A DNA stretch of 12,569 nt, taken from NCBI GenBank assembly GCA_031425655.1, contig JANPJS010000013.1:1-12569 (forward strand), in the 5' to 3' direction. Within the stretch, counting starts at the first letter, position 1; each line of letters opens with the position of its first letter. The translations under genes were made by a program, and so were the position numbers. Below, in pieces: positions 1-6,478 of the stretch. Below the pieces are notes generated by a model that searched no databases, was not told the DNA's origin, and saw nothing but the letters and a program-made list of their open reading frames with translations. The DNA comes from Abditibacteriaceae bacterium (GTDB lineage Bacteria; Armatimonadota; Abditibacteriia; Abditibacteriales; Abditibacteriaceae).

Positions 1-151
1 ATGAGAACTGCCCGGCGAATAAATTCGCGGCAACAACGCCGCAAAGTCGCCCTGCGGCGACTAAAAACTCAGAAAATAGTCCGCGCAGGCGGACTTTGCT
101 GCTTTGTTGCCGCGAATTTATTCGCCGGGCAGTTCTCATGCGTTTGCCCTG
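1..151. mobile_element. Palindromic MITE/REPIN-like element, probably truncated at the left window edge
   Basis: Perfect 36-bp inverted repeat 1-36 / 104-139, with further pairing 41-48 / 92-99. Two internal hairpins: AGTCGCC-ctgc-GGCGACT (45-62) and AGTCCGC-gcag-GCGGACT (78-95). No coding capacity. The right end at 151 (...GCGTTTGCCCTG) is inferred. Confidence 0.7.
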
Positions 152-215
152 CTTTTCTCCCGAATTGGCTCCATTAAATGCTGGGCAAGGTTAATTGTTA
201 TCGAATCAGATAGGC

Positions 216-251
216 AAAAGGCCCGATTACTCATTGAGTAATCGGGCCTTT
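216..251 (-). terminator. Rho-independent terminator downstream of the delta-60/Calx-beta gene (possibly bidirectional)
   Basis: Perfect inverted repeat AAAGGCCCGATTACTCA (217-233) / TGAGTAATCGGGCCTTT (235-251), 17 nt after the stop codon at 269. The minus strand reads ...GGGCCTTTT. Confidence 0.8.
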
Positions 252-268
252 CGCTTTGCGTTCTACGA

Positions 269-988
269 TTATTCGCTCGGCTCGTCGTTCTCGAAGAGCG
301 GCGCGGCTGCGTCGTCGTTGCGGATGGTGCCGATGCCCAAACCGTCGGCGAGGAAGGCGAAAGTCGGCTTGCTCAGGGCGACTTTGTAAGTCTCGTTCGG
401 CTCAACTGTCGTGTCGCCTTTAACCAGCACGGTGATGATTTGGCTCAAAGGATCGCCGGGCAGGAAGGTGAGCGTGCCCGAAGCCGCCACGTAATCGGTC
501 GCGCCGGCGGTGCTGTTAGCCGTTATCCAATCGACGGTGACCGTGTTGGTGGAAGCCGCACTTAAGGTCACTGTGAAAGTCTGCGTCGAGGTGCCGCTAT
601 TGCCCTCATCAATAGTGACGGCGTTGGCGATAGTGATGCCCGGCCCGTCGTCGTTGTTGATCTGGCCCACGCCGCGACTGTCGGAAATCGTCGTATTGGT
701 TGGCGCCAGCAGGTCGAAGAAGAAGGTTTCGTTAAGTTCAACCACGTTGTCGCCAATGAACTGAATGGTCACACGCTTGAGAGTTTCGCCGGGCGAAAAG
801 GTCAGCTTGCCGCTTTTGGCCACGTAATCGCTGTTAGCGCTGGCCGGGTTGTTGATGCCATTACCCGTTTGATAGTTAACGGTCACGCTTTGCGCGCTGG
901 GGCCGCTGAGGGTGATGTCGAAGGTGACCGAGCCGGGCGAGCCAACATTGCCTTCGGGCAGCGAGCGTGGGTTATTGACCCTGAGGCT
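269..988 (-). repeat. Copy 1 of an ~720-bp dispersed repeat (double Calx-beta tail) shared with 2775-3491
   Basis: Manual alignment gives ~39 differences in 239 aa (~84% identity). An identical 35-nt block occurs at 768-802 and 3271-3305. Confidence 0.95.
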
Positions 989-2638
989 TACGTCATCATC
1001 GGCAATGGTGCCAGTGGCGGTCGGCACGGAGGATAGATTGGCGTTGACTGGCGCAATCAATGTGAGGTTGAAAGTTTCACCATTTTCGTCGGTGGTGTCG
1101 CCTAAAACCGGAACGGCGATGATCTTCGATGTCTGTCCAGGGCTAAAAGTGAGCGTGCCGCTGGTGGCGGTAAAGTCGCTGCCGGCAGTGGCGCTGCCGT
1201 TGCTGGTCGCATAATTTACGGTGATGGTTTTCGTGCCGGCCCGCGAAAGGCTCACGGTGAAGTTGGCACTCACACTGCCGCTGTTGCCTTCGATGATGGC
1301 GGTGAGCGGAGCCGTAATGCTCAAAGTCGGTGCTACGGTGTTGGTGAAACGTGCGACGAATGTGCGGTTAGTGGTCTGGCCATCAATGTCAAAATCGCCG
1401 GTTACGACGACCTTGCCATCGCTTTGCAGAGCTAAACCGTAGACATAGGCGCTCAGGTCGTTTAGTCCCGTCATTTGGCCAAATTCGCCGAAAAGAACGC
1501 GACCAAATGTTTCGTCCAGAGTGCCGTTGGAATTAAAGCGAGCCAGCGAGTGACCTCCGCCGAAGATGATGCCGCCATCGGCATCCACTAACGCTTCAGC
1601 CGCCCACCCATTGCCGCCGGAATCCAGGGCCATACTTCCATCTCCGGCAAAAGAAGTGTCCGGAGTGCCGTTGGCATTGAGCCGTGTGACCAAGGGGTTT
1701 CCTACCGGGTTTAAGTGGTCGGTGAACGCTGCTGCGAGAATCAATTTGCCGTCGGGCAGCGCGGTAATATCATGCACTAAGTTGCCGCACGCACTGGTGG
1801 AGGCCACCTTGCCGGTGCTGTTGAACGAGGTGTCGAGTGTGCCGTTGGCATTGAAGCGCACTACGAAGCCGGTGATTGGCGGGTTTGTCCCACTGGGGAC
1901 ATAGTAACCGCCAACCACGATTTTGCCGTCTTTCTGCATGTCCAATCCGGTAGCGCGGCCCCGATTAAGGTTGATGCGCGCGGCACCTGCGGTGCCAAAG
2001 TTAGTATCCACGCTGCCGTCGGCGTTGAAGCGCACCGCGCCTTGGTTATTCGTTCCTTCCAAGGGTTCCACATAGCCGGAGACGAGGATTTTACCGTCAC
2101 TTTGAATTGTGATGTCCTCGGCGTATTCCATCAGAGTGCTGGTGACAACGCCGTCGCCCGAAAACGAAGTGTCCAGAGTGCCATTGGGCAGATAGCGCAG
2201 AACGCCAAAATAACGCGTGATATTACCTTGGCTATCTTGGTCGGAAAGCTGTCCGGCGACTAAAATTTTGCCGTCGCTCTGAATAGCCAACGATGGGCGA
2301 TTGCCAATTTCACCGATGTCATCTGTAACCCGTCCGGTGCCGCCCCATGAGGTGTCGAGCGAGCCGTTAGGGTTCCAGCGTGCCACCTCAAAGCCCGAAA
2401 AACTGGACGGCCACCCTGCGACGACGATTTTACCGTCCGACTGCACTTTGATGCCATTGCCTCCGGCGCTATTGCTTAGTTGTGAGATGCCGTCGCTGCT
2501 GAAAGTGGTGTCTAACACACCATCGGCGAGTGCTGGTTTGACTATCGCTAAGGCAACCACGCCGGCCATAACGCCGAAGCGCCATGCTCCCCAACTTCCT
2601 TTCGTGGCTCCAATTTTCGATTGCGGCTTGTGTTTCAT
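269..2638 (-). CDS. Secreted protein: 7 delta-60-type repeats (beta-propeller) plus 3 Calx-beta domains, 789 aa
   Basis: Signal peptide ending PALA-D. RBS AAAAGGA just upstream (2643-2649). Seven 'QxDGKIxVxG...RxNxNGxLDTSF' units. Three Calx-beta repeats (EGNxG...DY/FxAxSGxLTFxPG...GDxxxExNETF/Y...IxDDD/NDD). Confidence 0.9.
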   Translation of the reverse strand: MKHKPQSKIGATKGSWGAWRFGVMAGVVALAIVKPALADGVLDTTFSSDGISQLSNSAGGNGIKVQSDGKIVVAGWPSSFSGFEVARWNPNGSLDTSWGGTGRVTDDIGEIGNRPSLAIQSDGKILVAGQLSDQDSQGNITRYFGVLRYLPNGTLDTSFSGDGVVTSTLMEYAEDITIQSDGKILVSGYVEPLEGTNNQGAVRFNADGSVDTNFGTAGAARINLNRGRATGLDMQKDGKIVVGGYYVPSGTNPPITGFVVRFNANGTLDTSFNSTGKVASTSACGNLVHDITALPDGKLILAAAFTDHLNPVGNPLVTRLNANGTPDTSFAGDGSMALDSGGNGWAAEALVDADGGIIFGGGHSLARFNSNGTLDETFGRVLFGEFGQMTGLNDLSAYVYGLALQSDGKVVVTGDFDIDGQTTNRTFVARFTNTVAPTLSITAPLTAIIEGNSGSVSANFTVSLSRAGTKTITVNYATSNGSATAGSDFTATSGTLTFSPGQTSKIIAVPVLGDTTDENGETFNLTLIAPVNANLSSVPTATGTIADDDVSLRVNNPRSLPEGNVGSPGSVTFDITLSGPSAQSVTVNYQTGNGINNPASANSDYVAKSGKLTFSPGETLKRVTIQFIGDNVVELNETFFFDLLAPTNTTISDSRGVGQINNDDGPGITIANAVTIDEGNSGTSTQTFTVTLSAASTNTVTVDWITANSTAGATDYVAASGTLTFLPGDPLSQIITVLVKGDTTVEPNETYKVALSKPTFAFLADGLGIGTIRNDDAAAPLFENDEPSE

Positions 2639-2708
2639 GAGTTCCTTTTGCTGGTGGCTTCGCGCCGCCGCGTTAGCGTATTGTTAAAAGTGAAAAGCAG
2701 TGCTGTAG

Positions 2709-2768
2709 AAACAGAACATCCCGTCGGAGTTGTTGCTTTTGCGCTTACTCCGACGGGATGTTCTGTTT
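2709..2768 (-). terminator. Long intercistronic stem-loop (terminator or RNA stabiliser) after the 1159-aa gene
   Basis: Perfect 22-bp inverted repeat 2709-2730 / 2747-2768 with a 16-nt loop, 6 nt after the stop at 2775. The minus-strand stem ends in GTTCTGTTTCT. Confidence 0.75.
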
Positions 2769-2774
2769 TGAAAG

Positions 2775-3491
2775 TTATTGGCTCGGCTCGTCGTTCTCGA
2801 AGAGTAGCGCTGCCGTGTCATCGTTGCGGATAATGCCGATTCCAAGCGAATCGGCCACAAAGGCAAAGGTCGGCTTACTCAGAATCACTTTGTAAGTCTC
2901 ATTCGGTTCGACGCTAGTGTCGCCGTTCACCAAAACCGTAATCGTTTTGCTGGTTTCTCCCGGTGCAAAAGTCAGGGTGCCCGAAGCCGCGACAAAATCA
3001 TTGGCGGTAGCGGTGCTGTTGGCGGTCGTCCAATCTACAGTTACGGTGTTAGTTGAGGCTGCGCTTAAGGTCACAACGAAAGTCTGCGAAGTCGTGCCGC
3101 TATTCCCTTCGTCCGCGGTGACGGCATTGCCGATGCTGATGCCCGGCCCGTCGTCGTTATTAATCTGGCCCACGCCGCGACTGTCAGCAATAGTAGCGTT
3201 GGTCGGCGTCAGAAGATCGAAGAAGAAGGTTTCGTTCAGTTCAACCGCGCTATCGCCGATGAACTGAATCGTCACACGCTTGAGAGTTTCGCCGGGCGAA
3301 AAGGTGAGCTTGCCGCTTTTAGCGACATAATCGCTGCCGCCGACTGCGGGATTGTTGATGCCGTTGGTCGTCTGGTAATTGACGGTCACGCTTTGGGCAC
3401 TGGGGCTGTTCAGGGCAATGTCGAAGGTGACGGAGCCGGGCGTGCCTACATTGCCTTCGGGCAGCGAGCGCGGATTGTTGACGGTGAGGCT
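2775..3491 (-). repeat. Copy 2 of the double Calx-beta tail repeat
   Basis: Aligns with 269-988 with one codon indel, from SLxVNNPRSLPEGNVG to LFENDEPS[E/Q]-stop. Confidence 0.95.
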
Positions 3492-6254
3492 GTGTGACCC
3501 ATCATCATTGGTGATGGTGGCGACTCCTGCGTTGTCGGTAATGACGGCGTCGGTGAAGTTGGTCGTAACGCCTGTAAGTCGCAAGGTGAAAGTCTCGTTG
3601 CTCTCGTCCGTCACGTCGCCGATGACGGGCACGGTAATCGTGTCGGTCGTGCCGGTAAAAGCAAGGGTTTTGGTGCCACTGGTCGCCGTATAGTCACTGG
3701 GCGCGACCGCAGTGCCGTTTTGCGTGGCGTAAGTCACGCGCACTGTATCGTTCACATCTTCCGATTGCGTGATGGTAAACGTCGCGTTTTTAGTGCCGTT
3801 ATCACCTTCGGACACGGTCACGTCGCTGATGGAAATTTCCAGCAGGCGCGTTAGCACCACGTCGTTGCCGTCGCCGCCCGTGTAACTGATGCGGAACGCT
3901 TTGCCGCCGACCGTGACCACCGCGTTTTGTGCCATTCCCGCAAAGATGCCTGTCAGAGGCGCGGTGCCGGCGCGGTCGAGCAGGGTGAACTGGCTGCCCG
4001 CGACAGGCGAAAAATTGTTGAGCAGAGAAAGACCCAACACCCCGGCTAAAGTGACGCCGCCGGTGACATTGACCTGATCGTGTTGGGTGCCCGGTATATC
4101 GCCGCTGATTTTCAAATTGAGACGGCCCGCCGAACTCTGGACGAAGTTGGTTGGGGAGTTACCCGTGCCCAGAGTGAAAATTTTGGTGGAGCCGGCGGTG
4201 CCGAGATTTAAAATGCCCAGATTGCGAAACGTGCCGGCAGCGGTCGAGCGCGCCAGAATCGTATCAGGACTATTGGCGTTGAAGGTGCCGGTGTTTTGGA
4301 TTTCTGTGCCTGCATCCAAGCCAATATTGCCGTCTGTCCAAGTAGTTGCGCCTTCATTAATTAGCTTGACATTGCCATAAAGCGGATTCAGGCCTTTATT
4401 GTAAAAAAGGCCTGTCGAAGAGTCGGAGATTTTCATCGTCCCGCCCGGCGCCACGGTGATGGTGCTCGCCACCGGTGCCGCCTGGGTGCCCTGACCAATC
4501 AAATCGCCGCTCGTCCACAGCAGGCCCGGCCCGGTGAGCTTAGCGCCCGCACTGCTGGTTACATCACCAGCGATGTCTAAGGCGCCGCCTTGTCCGGCAA
4601 CTCCGGCTGTGACCGTGCCAATGATTTTGCTTTGCCCGCTACTGTCGGCTTTGCCCACAATGCGCGTGCGCCCGCTACCGGTTAGTGTAGTGCTGTTTAA
4701 ATCGGTGGCAGAGAGGTCAATAAAGGCTCCCGCCGCTGCTTTCAGGACACCGTTCACGGAGTTGCGGTAGGGGAAGGAGCCTGGAAAATCTAAAACCCCT
4801 GCATTGCCGTTGATGCGTCCTGCTACCGGGTTGACCAGTTTGAGCGCGATGCTGTTTTTGTTGGCGTTGCTTTTGTTGATGATGCCGTTGTTGGTGAAAG
4901 TGGTCTGGCCGGGATCGAAGATCACGTTGCCACGAAAAATTGTCGCCAAGTCGCTTGACTGCACGTTGAAAGTGCCGTTGTTGACGATGGTGGTATTGGT
5001 CGTCGTCAGGCCGGAACCAAAGGTAACGTCGCCGCCTAACCAGTTGATGGTGCCGTTGTTGACTAAGCTGTTGAAGCCGAAGCGCGTTAAGCTCGTGGCA
5101 CCCGTGCCGTCGCCGAGGATGTCGAAGCGGCTGCCGGTCGTGACCGTCCAAGTTGGGCCGCCAAGCGCAGCCAAATCGAAGACCGTGGAAATGGTTTGGA
5201 TTTTTCCGGTTCCTAAAGTTTGCAAATTCACGGCGGCGTTGCTTGTAATGTTTTTACGAAATTCGATAGTGCCGTTGCTGCCCGCCGAATTGCCTGCCGT
5301 GAGCGTTCCCCGCAGGGCACTTAAATTTTGCAAAATCAAGCGTCCCGCGCCGATCACGCGCGAGGTGTTCTCGAAAATCAACGAGGTGTTTGTTCTTTGC
5401 TCAAGGGTCAGGCTGGAGTTGGCGACGCTTTGAAAGGTGCCTTCCTGTGTGCCGCCGCCCCCTTCGCCGTTGCCATTGCCGATCTCGATAAGCGAGTTGC
5501 CGCTTTTAACGTTCACCACATTGCGATTGTGAAAGGTGCCGAAATTGAATGTGGCGCCGCCCGTGACAGTATTAAATTCCAGCGTGCCGGTATTGCTGAA
5601 AATCGGTGCGCCGAGGCCGTCTATGAACAGCGAAGTGGGCGTGCGCACTTTGAAGGTGCCGCTGTTGATAAACACCACTTCGAAGGTAGCGCCGCCGGGG
5701 CCGCCCATTCGCATGGCAATGTGGCCGCCTGTCCAATCAATCGTGCCGGCGTTAGTGATGGTGCTGCCTGCAATTATATGTGACTCACTGCCGCGAATCG
5801 TCATCGTCGCCCCGGCAGGTAGTGTCAGGTTACAGCCAATCACACTGCTGCCGTTGGTGCCCGTTGCCCAGTCTGTAAGGCCGTTTACCGTCAACGTGTT
5901 ATAAACCTGATTGTTAAAGTCGCGGTTGACAATTGCGGAGCCGGGCTGAAGCGTGAGATGGCCGATGGTTGTGGTCGGCACGCGCACCTCAAAGCCGCCG
6001 GGAATAATCGCCGTGTCATTGGCGCCGGGCACGCCGCCACCGCCGCAAAATGTGCCGCCCCAGTTGCGCGGGTCGTTCCAATCACTGGGGTCGTCACCTG
6101 GTGGAAACGGAACCGTATCGGGTGGCACGCAGGACGTGTCGAAGGCGCCGCCGTTGTAGGTGAAAGTCGCGGCGTGGGCCGAAGCCGCGCTCAGGAGAAT
6201 GCTCATCGCTAAAGCGATGAGCTGGAACCGACCATACCGACCTTCTCGTTTCAT
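2775..6254 (-). CDS. Large secreted beta-helix (autotransporter-passenger-like) protein plus 3 Calx-beta domains, 1159 aa
   Basis: ATG at 6254 with RBS AAAGGA 6 nt upstream, preferred over the track start at 6275. Signal peptide ending AHA-A. N-terminal 'WNDPRNW...VPGANDTAII' motif. G/T/N-rich repeats 'NxGTIxWxGG...NxGTF'. Cap region '...DQVNVTGGVTLAG...ISYTGGDGNDVVL'. Three Calx-beta domains and no C-terminal beta-barrel. Confidence 0.88.
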   Translation of the reverse strand: MKREGRYGRFQLIALAMSILLSAASAHAATFTYNGGAFDTSCVPPDTVPFPPGDDPSDWNDPRNWGGTFCGGGGVPGANDTAIIPGGFEVRVPTTTIGHLTLQPGSAIVNRDFNNQVYNTLTVNGLTDWATGTNGSSVIGCNLTLPAGATMTIRGSESHIIAGSTITNAGTIDWTGGHIAMRMGGPGGATFEVVFINSGTFKVRTPTSLFIDGLGAPIFSNTGTLEFNTVTGGATFNFGTFHNRNVVNVKSGNSLIEIGNGNGEGGGGTQEGTFQSVANSSLTLEQRTNTSLIFENTSRVIGAGRLILQNLSALRGTLTAGNSAGSNGTIEFRKNITSNAAVNLQTLGTGKIQTISTVFDLAALGGPTWTVTTGSRFDILGDGTGATSLTRFGFNSLVNNGTINWLGGDVTFGSGLTTTNTTIVNNGTFNVQSSDLATIFRGNVIFDPGQTTFTNNGIINKSNANKNSIALKLVNPVAGRINGNAGVLDFPGSFPYRNSVNGVLKAAAGAFIDLSATDLNSTTLTGSGRTRIVGKADSSGQSKIIGTVTAGVAGQGGALDIAGDVTSSAGAKLTGPGLLWTSGDLIGQGTQAAPVASTITVAPGGTMKISDSSTGLFYNKGLNPLYGNVKLINEGATTWTDGNIGLDAGTEIQNTGTFNANSPDTILARSTAAGTFRNLGILNLGTAGSTKIFTLGTGNSPTNFVQSSAGRLNLKISGDIPGTQHDQVNVTGGVTLAGVLGLSLLNNFSPVAGSQFTLLDRAGTAPLTGIFAGMAQNAVVTVGGKAFRISYTGGDGNDVVLTRLLEISISDVTVSEGDNGTKNATFTITQSEDVNDTVRVTYATQNGTAVAPSDYTATSGTKTLAFTGTTDTITVPVIGDVTDESNETFTLRLTGVTTNFTDAVITDNAGVATITNDDGSHSLTVNNPRSLPEGNVGTPGSVTFDIALNSPSAQSVTVNYQTTNGINNPAVGGSDYVAKSGKLTFSPGETLKRVTIQFIGDSAVELNETFFFDLLTPTNATIADSRGVGQINNDDGPGISIGNAVTADEGNSGTTSQTFVVTLSAASTNTVTVDWTTANSTATANDFVAASGTLTFAPGETSKTITVLVNGDTSVEPNETYKVILSKPTFAFVADSLGIGIIRNDDTAALLFENDEPSQ

Positions 6255-6478
6255 AGTGTGTCCTTTACGAGTCAAGATTTGCCGGGCGCTGATGCTCCGG
6301 TCGAAGTGCCCGAAGAGGGGCTTTTAACGGAATTGTTGCCAGCAGTATAGAAGAGTGGCAGCGAAACGTGTGAGCACGATTTCTATGAAGATTCTGGCTT
6401 CTACCAAATCGTTTGCGCCGTTACGTAACTCATAATTTCGCTAAACTTGCCCGCGCAACGCAAGGAAACGAAACCAAC

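Noticed and set aside
1340..2520. Regularly spaced nucleotide repeats that might suggest a CRISPR array or a DGR template/variable pair
   Set aside because: They are degenerate protein-coding delta-60 repeats. The two Calx-beta tails do not appear to differ specifically at adenines, and no reverse transcriptase or cas gene is present.
510..6212. Many plus-strand ORFs (for example 4804-5433, 209 aa) opposite the two large genes
   Set aside because: Antisense shadows of the repetitive G/T/N-rich coding frame, with no recognisable motifs.
6255..6478. Divergent promoter region; possible T-box leader for alaS; TATACT on the minus strand at 6344-6349
   Set aside because: No T-box consensus or leader terminator was seen. 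The -10-like hexamer has no convincing -35 partner, so no promoter is called.
6413..6478. ORF-track N-terminal extension of alaS from a TTG start
   Set aside because: AlaRS homology and an RBS point to the ATG at 6479.
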